A stretch of DNA of 64,000 bases from Patescibacteria group bacterium (GCA_004297205.1 SCUL01000001.1:157862-221861); one strand, 5' to 3'. Shown: positions 26,028-35,739, counted from the first letter of the stretch. Notes: generated by a model not told the origin, from the letters alone. Made by a program: numbers and translations.

Positions 26028-26549
26028 TTAGGCTTTTGATTCCTGAATGCGGGTGAGGACCGTGACGAGTCCGCGCAGGTTGCCGGCAAGGACGTTGACG
26101 AAGCCGCTGACCGGCGCGTTGAGGGTGCCGACGAGCTTGCCGAGCAGTTCCGTCTTGGACGGGAGCTTGGCCAGCGCCTTCACCATCGCAACGTCGATCT
26201 GCTTCCCCTCGAGGATCCCGCCTTTGATGACGAGCGCCTCGTGGTCTTTGGCGAACCCCGCGAGCACCTTGGCCGGCGCGACCTCGTCGGTCAGGCCGAT
26301 CACGGTGGCGAAGTTGCCATCGATCGTCTTGGGGTCCACGGTGACGCCGGCCGCAGCGAACGCCTTCTTCAAAAGCGTCTTCTTGGCCACGCCGTAGAAT
26401 ACCCCTTCCGCCTTGCACGCCTTGCGCAGCGCCTCGATCTCCTGGACCTTCAGACCCTCGTAGTTGGCGAAGACGACGGATTTCATCCCCTTCAACACCT
26501 CCGCGAGGTCCTGCAAGGTCGCTTCCTTCTGGGCACGCGACTTGGGCAT
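26028..26549 (-). CDS. rplJ: 50S ribosomal protein L10
   Basis: VAKKTLLK, LAKLPSK.ELLG. Confidence 0.97.
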   Translation of the reverse strand: MPKSRAQKEATLQDLAEVLKGMKSVVFANYEGLKVQEIEALRKACKAEGVFYGVAKKTLLKKAFAAAGVTVDPKTIDGNFATVIGLTDEVAPAKVLAGFAKDHEALVIKGGILEGKQIDVAMVKALAKLPSKTELLGKLVGTLNAPVSGFVNVLAGNLRGLVTVLTRIQESKA

Positions 26550-26630
26550 ACAGTAGGTTTCGACCTTTAAATAACGAGCCGCCTGCGGAGACGCAGACGG
26601 CGGGCAATCCCCGCCAGTGGCGGGGTCCAT

Positions 26631-26690
26631 GCCTGGGCGTACCACCCTTTCGGGAATCAAGGCCGTGTGGCCGGTCGCCGTCTTTGGCTT
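26631..26690 (-). promoter_or_regulatory. Probable L10 leader (autoregulatory RNA)
   Basis: CCAAAGACGGCG...CTTGA...CGCCCAGG upstream of rplJ resembles the AGAC...AGG kink-turn L10 leader pattern; not covariance-tested. Confidence 0.6.
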
Positions 26691-26705
26691 CACAGGTTTG
26701 GCAGC

Positions 26706-26734
26706 AGTATAAAAAAGAACCGCCCTGGCGTCAA
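26706..26734 (-). promoter_or_regulatory. rplJL promoter
   Basis: TTGACG-17-TATACT. Confidence 0.75.
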
Positions 26735-26780
26735 GCCCCTCGTGGGACCTGACCGGACGGGTGCGACCGGCACGGCGACG

Positions 26781-27056
26781 CTACTCGGCGTCGACCCGCG
26801 TGCCGTCGTCGGACTGCTCTGCCATGTCGGCGCGGGCGACCACGCCGGAACCTTCCTCGGTCGCCAGAACGATCGGATCGAGCGGCGAACCCTTCTCCTT
26901 CTCGGCCCGGCTCTTCATGTGCAACACCTTGCGGTAGAGCGAGGCGAAGTCCTTCCGCCGGATGACGATCTTCGGATCGTACCCGCGCAGCAGACGCGAC
27001 AGGATGAACTCCATGACCGCGATCTCCCCCTCGCTGAAACTGTTACTGATTCGCAC
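26781..27056 (-). CDS. Small orphan protein (91 aa)
   Basis: GTG start after GGAGG; TTGACA at 27097-27102. Confidence 0.6.
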   Translation of the reverse strand: MRISNSFSEGEIAVMEFILSRLLRGYDPKIVIRRKDFASLYRKVLHMKSRAEKEKGSPLDPIVLATEEGSGVVARADMAEQSDDGTRVDAE

Positions 27057-27128
27057 AGGTCCTCCTGCGCGGCAGGCTGCCCTATCGGAGGCAGCCTGTC
27101 AACCCCTCCGTTCTCACGGACGGAGGGA

Positions 27129-27362
27129 TCAACGCGGCAGGCGGAACCGCTCGCGGATGGCGGTGCACGCGCCGTCGACGCCCACGTCGCAGAGGACGAC
27201 CTCCTCCGGATCCCAGACCTGCCCTCGCAACGACCCGAAGACCGGCTCAAGCCGCTCGGCGATGGCCGTCATGACCTGGATGGTCGGCATCGGCTTGAGC
27301 CGGCCGATCGTGACATGCGGAACGTACTCCTCGCCGCACGCCGCCCTGAAAAAACGAAACAG
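27129..27362 (-). pseudogene. C-terminal fragment of a 2H phosphoesterase (2'-5' RNA ligase-like)
   Basis: Manual translation ...GEEYVPHVTIGRLK...EEVVLCD...RERFRLPR*; only the second HxT motif; in-frame TAG at 27363-27365 upstream. Confidence 0.65.
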
Positions 27363-27372
27363 CTAAACCGAT

Positions 27373-27449
27373 TGTGTCATCCCCGCGGAGGCGGGGATCC
27401 AGAAACACGGCCGATCTTTTTGGATTCCCACTTCCGTGGGAGTGACACA
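27373..27449. repeat. GTCATCCCCGC-type palindromic element
   Basis: tgtgtcatccccgcggaggcggggatcca...tggattcccacttccgtgggagtgacaca. Confidence 0.8.
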
Positions 27450-27465
27450 CATGAACGGATCGCCA

Positions 27466-30400
27466 TCAAAATCCCCTCCCGTCCCCCGGATACTGCACCG
27501 ACGCGGCGGCGGTTGCCGGATCGTAATCGGCGGGAGAAATGATGTCGCTGCCGAAGGCGTAGTTTCCGAAGAGGATATCGTTCACGTCGTCGACCATCCG
27601 GTTCCAATCGACGCCGTAAATCGTGGCCGCGATGAGTTCGGAGGTGATCCAGCGCAGGATGCCGCCCGAGGCCACGGCGTAGACCTTCGGATCCGTCAGG
27701 AACTTCACCGGGCGCGCGCCAGGTTTGTAGGTGACGTTTGCGCCGAGCGGAATCGTTGCGAGATCGACCGTGCTGACGATTCGAATTCCGCTGAAATCGG
27801 CGTACCAGGTGAAGTACACCTGCTCGTTCGGAAACGCATGGCGTTTGCCGTCAGTGCCGACGTAATATACGGCAGTGTTGTCCGGCGATTTGATGAGATC
27901 ATGGATCGAGACGCTGATGCGCTGGAGGTTGTCGAGCAGCGCGGAGCCGGAGGGAACCGGAGGCGTCGAGGTTGCGTGCGCAGGGACCTCCTCTTGAACC
28001 ATGAGGGAGATCCCGTCGGAAACGGCATCGGAAGAAGCCCCGCTCGCATTGTAAAACTTTGCATAGACCGTGTACGTGCCCGGCGCACATGCGGTCAGGC
28101 CCGAGCATAGGTTCCACAATTTTGTCGCGGCGTACGGTTCAATGCCGATGCTCGAGAAATCCGCGCTGTTCGAGATCGCCATGGTCGCCGTATCTGGTCC
28201 ACCAGTAAGCGCGAGCGTGACCGCCGTGCTCGTCGTGGATGCATCGCCGTTGTTGATCGCGACGGCGAAGCCGGTTGCGGGAGGTTGGGGCGGGGTTGAT
28301 GCAGGCACACTCACTCCTCCTCTTGCGGTGACCGTGATGCTTGTCGATGTGCTGTTTCCCCCATCGACGATGCGCAGCGTTCCCGGATAACTTCCGGCGT
28401 CGATCGTCAGCGTCGCGGCGGTGGCGGAAGTGATTCTCTGTGACGCAATGCGCGCATCCGGACTGCCGGTCAGAGAAAAGACGGGTGAACCCGGCGTCCC
28501 CGCGGTCCAGGACGTGTTCGTGCCGGTCAGTATCACTTCATTACCGATGGTTCCCTGAACCAAACTCGTCGGCGAAGCAGTCATGGAAGGAAGTTGCGCG
28601 TTGATCGCCGCTGCGAGGGCCGTGGCAATGGTCGAATGGCTCGGGGTATCCGGATGCGTCCCGTCCGTGGTCGTGAAACTGAATCCCGCTCCAAGATCCA
28701 ATAAATGGACTTTCGTATCCGTCGGGTTCGCGGCGACGTAGGCGTTGTAAGCGTTCGTGATGTTGGTGCGTTCGGTGCCGGCAAAAGGGACGGTGACGAA
28801 AATATGACACGCCGCGCCGGCCTCGGTGCGGGCCTGCCCGATGCGCGTCTGGACCGCAGATGAAATGGCGGCGCCTCCGTCATTCACGCCATGCACGATC
28901 AGCCAATAGGTCGGCGCCTGCGCCAACACCCCGCCGCTCAAACGGGAAACGCCATTGTAGTAGTAATCCACCGCGTTCGGATAGGTGGGGACGTTTCCGC
29001 TTCCCAACGTCGTCCATCCCTGTCCGCCATAACCGAGCTGCGCATATTCCACATTCATGAGGCCGGCCAGCACGTGCGGGTATGCCGCGGAAGCGCTGTT
29101 CCCTGCGATCGTGTCCGTCGCATCGACGCTTCGCAAACCTTCGGTGATCGAGTCGCCGTCAACCCGGAGCAGTTCCGAAAGCGTGCTTGGAGAAGAAGCG
29201 GAAGATCCGCTGTCGATGCTGAAACTCGTGATGTTTACCGGATTGACGGGCGTCGTCCATTTATCGATGAGCGTGGTGCCGCTGTACGGGGCACCCGAAT
29301 CGTATTCCAGTCGGAATGTGTGGGTGCCCGAGGAAAGACCGGCGGACCAATAGGTGCTCGTGGTAGTGTTCAACTGAGCCGTTGTCCATGCACCGCCGTC
29401 CACCGCATAACGAATGACGGGATACCGGGCCGCGGCGATGCCCGCCGTACTCAACGCCGACGTGTCGACGTTCACGCCGAACGTCGTGCCCGTAAAATTC
29501 GTTTTGAGATAGCTCCCCATGACAAGCATGAGGGCGTTCGTCGATCCGTTCACGTACACGTTATCCCTGCTCCAGTACAACGCGGCGTTATTCACCGCCA
29601 CGGAAGACTGGACCGGAATGACCGTGTAGGCGATCGACGCAGGATCGGTCAATGCCGGCGCGCTGGAGACGCTGATGGTATGGGGCGACCCGCTCACGCT
29701 GGAAGGCGTGTACGTGAACGTTTGTGTCGTGCTTTCCGCGCTCCACGTCAGGCTTGCTGGCGTAAACGACCCGGTCCCGCTTGTCGCCGGAGTGATGGTT
29801 CCCGTGTATATGCCGTTGGGGGTGACGCTAAAATTCGTCGAGGCGGCGTTCACCTGGCCAAGGATCGGACCACTGAACGTGTACGTGTTCGCGGTGGTTT
29901 CACTTGCCACGAAGTTGTCTATCACGAGTCCGGAACCGTCAGCGGCCGTGCCATAGAACTTCACTCCCGTTTTGCCGGCAGCGGAAATGGTCGAGTCCGT
30001 GACTGAAATTCTTTGCGTACCGTCGATCGTTACCGTCAAAGCAGACCCAGCGAGGGAAAATGTCGCATGATACGTGGTTGCGGGCGAAATCGAACTTGCC
30101 CATGACCCGAGCAAAACTCCGGACTCCAAGGCCGTGTAGTGATACAGGTACCAGGAACCGTCGTTATAGAGACAGAGCTCATAATGGGCTCCGGTGCCGG
30201 TGTTCATGCGGGCAAACCCGCATGCAATCACGGTCCCGCCGGGTACCGTGTTCACACGAACATCAAAATCCAAGGTGTAACCCGCCGTTGTCGGAACTCC
30301 GCTCGCGTAATACGTCGCCGTTCCCGCGCTGGTGGAACGAACCCGGTTACTGGAATCGATCACGGCAGTCCCTATTTGAGAAACCCAGGTAGCTCCGGTC

Positions 30401-30616
30401 TCGCCGGTGTGCGACGCGAGCGCCGTATTCGTAGTATCCGTAAACGTGTCACTGACGAAATTTACCGTCGACGCAAAAGCATGGCTGGGATGAAACAAAA
30501 AAATTGCCGATGAAACCGCAATCAGCAAACCCGCGAAAAAAATCTCACGGCGCGAAATTTTTACTCTCTCTCTCTCTCTCTCTCAAGAGAGACGTTTCTA
30601 TGGCATTTTGAGGCAT
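27466..30616 (-). CDS. Large secreted surface protein with SGNH/GDSL esterase domain; 5' end frameshifted at a (GA)n tract (open frame 27466-30528)
   Basis: GDSITEG, LGYGGQG, HGVND, DGTHP; T/S-rich beta-sandwich regions; C-terminal AVYYVGTDGKRHAFPNEQVYFTWY domain; ATG 30616 is 88 nt from the TTG at 30528. Confidence 0.8.
30564..30584 (-). repeat. G(AG)10 dinucleotide simple sequence repeat
   Basis: c(tc)10 on the plus strand; no comparable tract noticed elsewhere in the window. Confidence 0.95.
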
Positions 30617-30636
30617 ATCCTGAGTCGCTTCCTAAA

Positions 30637-30642
30637 ATTATA
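30637..30642 (-). promoter_or_regulatory. -10 box of the SGNH surface protein gene
   Basis: TATAAT 20 nt upstream of ATG 30616. Confidence 0.6.
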
Positions 30643-30665
30643 CACCGCGTTGCGGGGAAAAACTA

Positions 30666-31802
30666 TCAACAGATGGCGTCTGCGACCGCAGGCACGACTT
30701 TGGGATCGAAAATGTCCGGCATGATGTGCTCGACGTCGGGCGTCTCCACGACGGCGGCCAGGTTCCTGGCGGCCTGCGTGAGCATGTCGTCGGTGATGCG
30801 GCGGACGCGGTGGTCGAGCGCGCCGCGGAAGATGCCCGGAAAACCGAGCGCGTTGTTGATCTGGTTGGGAAAATCGGACCGGCCGGTGGCGACGATGAGC
30901 GCGCCGGCGGCCGCGGCCTCGTCCGGCATGATCTCCGGCGTCGGGTTGGCCAAGGCGAAGACGATCGGATCCGTGCGCATGGTGCGGACCATGTCGCCGG
31001 AAAGCGCGCCGGCCACGGACACGCCGACGAAGACATCCGCACCCTTCACGGCATCGGCAAGCGTGCCGGTGATGCCGCGCGGGTTGGTCCGTGCCGCGAG
31101 CTCGCGCTTGGCGTCCGTCAACCCCTCCCGGCCCGCGTGGATCACGCCTTTGCTGTCGCAGATCGTGAGATCGGCGACGCCGGCAGCGAGCAGCATCTTG
31201 GCGACGGCGACGCCGGCCGCACCGGCGCCGTTCATGACGACGCGGACCGCTCCCGCCTCCGCACCCTTCACTTTGAGCGCGTTCAAAAACGCGGCGAGGA
31301 CCACCATGGCCGTGCCGTGCTGGTCGTCGTGCACGACCGGGATGTCGAGAGCGTCCTGCAATCTCTTTTCGATGTCGAAACACTTCGGCGCGGCAATGTC
31401 CTCCAGGTTGATGCCGCCGAAGACCGGGGCGATCGCTTTCACGGCGGCGACGATCTCGTCGGGATCCTGCGTGGCCAGACAGAGCGGGAAGGCGTCGACG
31501 CCGGCCAGTTCCTTGAAGAGCACGGCCTTGCCTTCCATCACCGGCAGCGCCGCTTCAGGGCCCAGGTTGCCCAAGCCCAAAATGGCCGAGCCGTCCGTGA
31601 CGACCGCGACCATGTTGCCTTTCATGGTGTATTCCCAGACGCGCGTCTTGTCCTCGCCGATGGCCGTGGATACGGCGCCGACCCCGGGCGTGTAGACGCG
31701 GGACAGGGCGGCACGGTCTTTGACCGGCACCTTGCTTGCCACTTCGAGTTTCCCTTTGTGTGCGCGATGCAAATCCAGAGACTCTTGTGCGATGTCTGCC
31801 AT
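30666..31802 (-). CDS. NAD(P)-dependent malic enzyme (short type)
   Basis: YTPGV, VTDGSAILGLG, MEGKA, NLEDI, HDDQHGT, GAGAAG, NQINN. Confidence 0.95.
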   Translation of the reverse strand: MADIAQESLDLHRAHKGKLEVASKVPVKDRAALSRVYTPGVGAVSTAIGEDKTRVWEYTMKGNMVAVVTDGSAILGLGNLGPEAALPVMEGKAVLFKELAGVDAFPLCLATQDPDEIVAAVKAIAPVFGGINLEDIAAPKCFDIEKRLQDALDIPVVHDDQHGTAMVVLAAFLNALKVKGAEAGAVRVVMNGAGAAGVAVAKMLLAAGVADLTICDSKGVIHAGREGLTDAKRELAARTNPRGITGTLADAVKGADVFVGVSVAGALSGDMVRTMRTDPIVFALANPTPEIMPDEAAAAGALIVATGRSDFPNQINNALGFPGIFRGALDHRVRRITDDMLTQAARNLAAVVETPDVEHIMPDIFDPKVVPAVADAIC

Positions 31803-31808
31803 ATCGGT

Positions 31809-31836
31809 GTTGGGGCATGGCGCGCCATGCCCCTTC
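31809..31836. repeat. REP-like palindrome
   Basis: gttggggcatggcgcgccatgccccttc. Confidence 0.65.
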
Positions 31837-32518
31837 AGTGAATCACGGTGCCGGTGAAGGTGTTGCCGTCGATGACGTCGTCGAGGTTCTTGAGATTCTT
31901 GCCGTTGGCGATGACCACGGTCAGACCGATTTTCTCGGCGCTGCGGCTGGCGATCGGATCGAACGGCACGTGCGCGCCCGGATCCCAGCGGTTGCCGACG
32001 AGCTTGCGCAGTTCCTTCCAGCGCATCTCGCAGATCGGCCGCGCGTCTTCGTGTTCGCGCGGGTCCTTATCGTAGACGTAGTCGACGTTGGAGAGGTTGA
32101 CGAGCATCTTCGCGCCGAGCGCGCGGGCCAACAGCACGGCGTCGTAGTCCGTGGATGCGCCCGGCTTCCAGCCGGCGGCGACGAGCACCGGCGTCTTCCA
32201 GCCGCGCGCGCCTTTCGGATCCGTGACGACGCGGTGCGAGGCGAGCTTGCCGAAGGCGGTGCGCACCAGGTGCGCGTTCAGGCGCGTGGCGTGGATGCCG
32301 ATCCAGTCGAGCGCGTCACGCGTCAGTTCGCCCAGCTCCTTGGATGCGGCCTGGTATTCGCGCGCGGTTTTTCCGCCGCCGCAGATCAACACGAACCGTT
32401 TCCCTTTTTTGACCTGGCGTTGGACGAGCCTCCGGAAATCCGCGATGAACTTCGCATTGATCCCTTCTTTGGGGGCGATCAGCGATCCGCCGAGCGATAG
32501 GATGATCAGGTCTTTCAT
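31835..32518 (-). CDS. pyrH: UMP kinase (archaeal-type)
   Basis: SLGGS, CGGGKTAREY, DWIGIHATRLNA, PGASTDYDA, PFDP. Confidence 0.93.
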   Translation of the reverse strand: MKDLIILSLGGSLIAPKEGINAKFIADFRRLVQRQVKKGKRFVLICGGGKTAREYQAASKELGELTRDALDWIGIHATRLNAHLVRTAFGKLASHRVVTDPKGARGWKTPVLVAAGWKPGASTDYDAVLLARALGAKMLVNLSNVDYVYDKDPREHEDARPICEMRWKELRKLVGNRWDPGAHVPFDPIASRSAEKIGLTVVIANGKNLKNLDDVIDGNTFTGTVIH

Positions 32519-32856
32519 GACTCACGCAGCAGGGCGCTCGTGAGATACGAGACGGCCCACAGGATCAGCGCACCCCAGAAGGCCGGCATGAATCCGGCCA
32601 CGTTGAAGCCCGGCACGATGCGCGCCACCAGCCAGAACAGCAGGGCATTCAGGACGAAGGTGAAGAGACCGAGGGTCAGCAGGTTGATCGGCAACGTCAG
32701 GATCAAGAGCAGCGGCCGGACGATGGCGTTCATGAGGCCGTAGACGAGGGCCACGAGCAGCGCCGTGTAAAAGTCGCGCACGGCGATGCCGGGCACGACG
32801 TTGGCCACGAGCATCACTGCGAGCGTGTTCACGATCCAGCGGACGATGAGCATCAT
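32515..32856 (-). CDS. YvlD/4-TMS holin-like membrane protein
   Basis: NAIVRPLL..LTLP..LLTLGLF.FVLNA. Confidence 0.9.
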   Translation of the reverse strand: MMLIVRWIVNTLAVMLVANVVPGIAVRDFYTALLVALVYGLMNAIVRPLLLILTLPINLLTLGLFTFVLNALLFWLVARIVPGFNVAGFMPAFWGALILWAVSYLTSALLRES

Positions 32857-32860
32857 ATGG

Positions 32861-33112
32861 TCAGTTAAAAGGTTCTTCTTCGGAGGCCGGCGCGGCGTCC
32901 ATGAGGTCGCCGAACTTGGCCTTAATGGCGCTGACGCGGTTTTCGACCTCGCCGAGCCGCGCTTTGAGCTTGCGCGCCAGCTCCAACCCGCGCTCGAACT
33001 TGGCGAGCCCTTCTTCAAGGTCGATCTCCTCTTTTTCAAACCACGCCGTGATGGCTTCGAGCTCTTCGAAGGCCTGCTGGACGTTGAGCTTTTTCTCGGT
33101 TTTGGATGCCAT
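32861..33112 (-). CDS. xseB: Exonuclease VII small subunit
   Basis: FEELEAI..FE..IDLEEGL..FERG. Confidence 0.92.
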   Translation of the reverse strand: MASKTEKKLNVQQAFEELEAITAWFEKEEIDLEEGLAKFERGLELARKLKARLGEVENRVSAIKAKFGDLMDAAPASEEEPFN

Positions 33113-33152
33113 AGACCGCACTACTCTACACCTCCCCGTGCGGCGCTGACAA

Positions 33153-33186
33153 TAAAAAAGGCGGCTCCCTCAGGGAGACCGCTTTC
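33153..33186 (-). terminator. Intrinsic terminator overlapping the orphan stop codon
   Basis: GCGGTCTCCC-TGA-GGGAGCCGCC-TTTTTT. Confidence 0.65.
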
Positions 33187-33898
33187 GCGTCCAGGCCTTC
33201 TTGACCGCGGCCGGGACGCGCGCCAGAACCTTCTCGATGCGCCCCTTCTTCTTGCCGCGGCAGAGCCACGCTCCGAGCCGCCCCTCGCCGCTCACCACCA
33301 GAAAATGGACGCCGAAGGCCCGACCGGCCGGAAGACCGAACTCCTGGTCCGTCAGCCATCCCTCGTAGGCCGCGATCAGCGCTTTGGCGGCGGTCGGGAC
33401 CGTCCGTTTCGTGCGCGGACGCCGCTCGAGACGCCGCTTGGCGCGCCACAGGAGCCGCATCTCGCCGCCGATGCGCTTCACGAGCGCCTCGAGGTCGATG
33501 CCGTTGCGCGGCGCGCACCGCACGAACGAGGGATCGGCGGCCAGCAGGTAGCTGAGCGCCCAGGATTTTCCCGCCGGTTTCCCGTTTCCGGCATCGGTCC
33601 GCCACGCCTCGAACAGCTCCTTGAGCCGCTTGACCGCGGACCTTTGCGTCCAGCTGCGGTAGCCGCGCGCCTTCCAGGCCTTTCGCACCGCGTCGGGGAC
33701 GAGCGCGAGCGCGGCGTCGAACAGGCCGTCGTCACGATGCTGGCCGTGGACCTGTCGCTGGCCGATCATGACCAGGTACGCGGGGTTGAACGGTCGTCTG
33801 GCGGCCTTGCCCGTTTTGGTGTCCAGCAACCAATGCGCGTGCGCGGCCGTCAGGCGCTCGGCAATGAGCTCGGGCGTCCACTTCGTCCATGTCGGCAC
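33170..33898 (-). CDS. Basic orphan protein with three ~75-aa internal repeats
   Basis: GTG start after GGAGG in the xseA tail; repeated W..D..G.(P)A..[FW]..[YF]L...R/K..W pattern. Confidence 0.7.
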   Translation of the reverse strand: MPTWTKWTPELIAERLTAAHAHWLLDTKTGKAARRPFNPAYLVMIGQRQVHGQHRDDGLFDAALALVPDAVRKAWKARGYRSWTQRSAVKRLKELFEAWRTDAGNGKPAGKSWALSYLLAADPSFVRCAPRNGIDLEALVKRIGGEMRLLWRAKRRLERRPRTKRTVPTAAKALIAAYEGWLTDQEFGLPAGRAFGVHFLVVSGEGRLGAWLCRGKKKGRIEKVLARVPAAVKKAWTRKRSP

Positions 33899-33904
33899 GT
33901 CGTG

Positions 33905-35110
33905 TTACTCCTCCCTGTCCGCGAACAGCGAACCCTGCTTGCGTATCACGCGCGAGACGACCTGTCCAGCCGCGAGGGTCGTCTTCAATTCCGTTCCTTC
34001 CGTCACGCGGGCGTCGCGCAGGATCTTTCCATTCGCGAGGCGCGTGATGGAGTAGCCGCGTTTGAGTACGGCGTTGGGATCGAGGGAGTTGAGCAGGCGC
34101 TCCAGCGCCGTGACGCGCTGGCTGCGGCCGCGGACGACGTCTTCGAAACGCGCGCCCGCCAATGCAAAAGCATGTATCGCGTCGGCCACGCCGCGCGACT
34201 CGCGGCGCACCGCGGTTTCCATGCGGTCCACGGCCTGCGCCAGGCGGCGGTTGCCGGCACCGAGCGTGCGCTCCAGCGCGCTGAACATGATGCGCGGCTG
34301 GACGGCCAGCGCGTAGAGCGCCTCCCGACGGTCCGGCACCAGCCGCTCGGCCGCATTCGAGGGCGTCGATGCCCGCAGGTCGGCCACGTAGTCGGCGATC
34401 GTTTCATCGCGTTCGTGTCCGACGCCCACGACGACCGGAATTTTGGAGGAGAAGATGGCGCGGGCCACGGCTTCGTCGTTGAAGGCGGCCAGATCTTCCA
34501 TGGCCCCGCCGCCGCGGGTGAGCACCAGCACGTCGAACTCGGCGGCGTGGGCGTTGAACCAGCGGAAGGCGCCGACGATCTCAGCCACGGCGTCTTTGCC
34601 CTGCACGGCCACGTCGGCCAGCTTGATGTCGAGTCCGCCCCAGCGGTTGTTCAGGATGCGGAGGAAATCCGTGTAGGCAGCGGCTTCTCCCGAGGTGATG
34701 AGGCCGATGCGTTCCGGATACCGCGGCAGCGCACGTTTACGCTCCGGCGCGAACAGCCCTTCGGCAGCGAGCTTCTTCTTCATCAGCTCGAAGGCCCGCT
34801 TGAGCGCGCCCTCCCCGACCAATTCGAGCCGCGTCACGTTGATCGAAAACTTACCGCTGCGTTGGTAAATCTTGGGGTAACCGGAAACGCGGACCTTCAT
34901 CCCCTCTTCGACCGGCACCTTCAGCACGAAGGTCATGGCGAAGCAGTCGATGACGCCCTCCGGATCCTTGAGCTTGAACCAGGCGAACTTTCCCTGGGAG
35001 ACGCGAAACTCGGCGATCTCGCCTTCGATCGCCATCTGCTGTTCGTTCATGAACGAGCGCACCGCGTCGTTGAAGTACGCGATGAACTCGGAAACCTGGA
35101 AGACGTGCAT
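33905..35110 (-). CDS. xseA: Exonuclease VII large subunit
   Basis: GLITS..AA..DF, VQG, RGGGAMEDL.AFNDE, GHERD, TPSNAAE, LKRGYS. Confidence 0.96.
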   Translation of the reverse strand: MHVFQVSEFIAYFNDAVRSFMNEQQMAIEGEIAEFRVSQGKFAWFKLKDPEGVIDCFAMTFVLKVPVEEGMKVRVSGYPKIYQRSGKFSINVTRLELVGEGALKRAFELMKKKLAAEGLFAPERKRALPRYPERIGLITSGEAAAYTDFLRILNNRWGGLDIKLADVAVQGKDAVAEIVGAFRWFNAHAAEFDVLVLTRGGGAMEDLAAFNDEAVARAIFSSKIPVVVGVGHERDETIADYVADLRASTPSNAAERLVPDRREALYALAVQPRIMFSALERTLGAGNRRLAQAVDRMETAVRRESRGVADAIHAFALAGARFEDVVRGRSQRVTALERLLNSLDPNAVLKRGYSITRLANGKILRDARVTEGTELKTTLAAGQVVSRVIRKQGSLFADREE

Positions 35111-35114
35111 GGCG

Positions 35115-35738
35115 TTACAACCGGTGTTTGAGCTTGCGCTTCTTCGTCTTCAAATAGCGTTCGTTGTAGCGGTTGGGGCGGATGATGAGCGGCTGGCGGC
35201 GCACCACGATGCCCTCCTTGCGCAGATCTATGGTCTTCTGCGGATTGTTGGTGAGGAGCGTCACCGACTTCACGCGCAGCTCCTTGAGGATGTCGGCAGC
35301 CACGGTGAAGCGGCGCGCGTCGACCGGAAGTCCCAGCTGGTGGTTGGCTTCGATGGTGTCGAAGCCCTGGTCCTGCAGGTGGTAGGCCCGGATCTTGTTG
35401 GCGAGCCCGATGCCGCGCCCCTCCTGGCGCAGATAGAGCACGATGCCTTCGCCTTTCTTCTCGATCATGACCAACGACTTTTGGAGCTGGTCGTAACAGT
35501 CGCAGCGCTTCGAGCCGAAGACGTCGCCGGTCATGCACTCGCTCTGGATGCGCGTAAGCACGTCCTTCTTGCCGGCCACGCGCCCTTTGACCAGCACAAG
35601 ATGCTCCTGGCGCGGTGTGGGTTCCACGTAGGCGGCGGCCTGGAAAGAATGGAAGCGCGTCGGCAAATGGACCCATTCCGTGAAACCGGAAAGAATGGGG
35701 TGCGGATGGCCGTTGTGATGGGGATTTTTTCGAGCCAT
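35115..35738 (-). CDS. ribA: GTP cyclohydrolase II
   Basis: SECMTGDVFGSKRCDC, QEGRGIGL.NK, LLTNNP, YL.TK. Confidence 0.95.
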   Translation of the reverse strand: MARKNPHHNGHPHPILSGFTEWVHLPTRFHSFQAAAYVEPTPRQEHLVLVKGRVAGKKDVLTRIQSECMTGDVFGSKRCDCYDQLQKSLVMIEKKGEGIVLYLRQEGRGIGLANKIRAYHLQDQGFDTIEANHQLGLPVDARRFTVAADILKELRVKSVTLLTNNPQKTIDLRKEGIVVRRQPLIIRPNRYNERYLKTKKRKLKHRL

Positions 35739-35739
35739 G

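Noticed and set aside
32515-32856. Holin as a sign of prophage
   Set aside because: The YvlD-type family is commonly chromosomal, and no phage genes are nearby.
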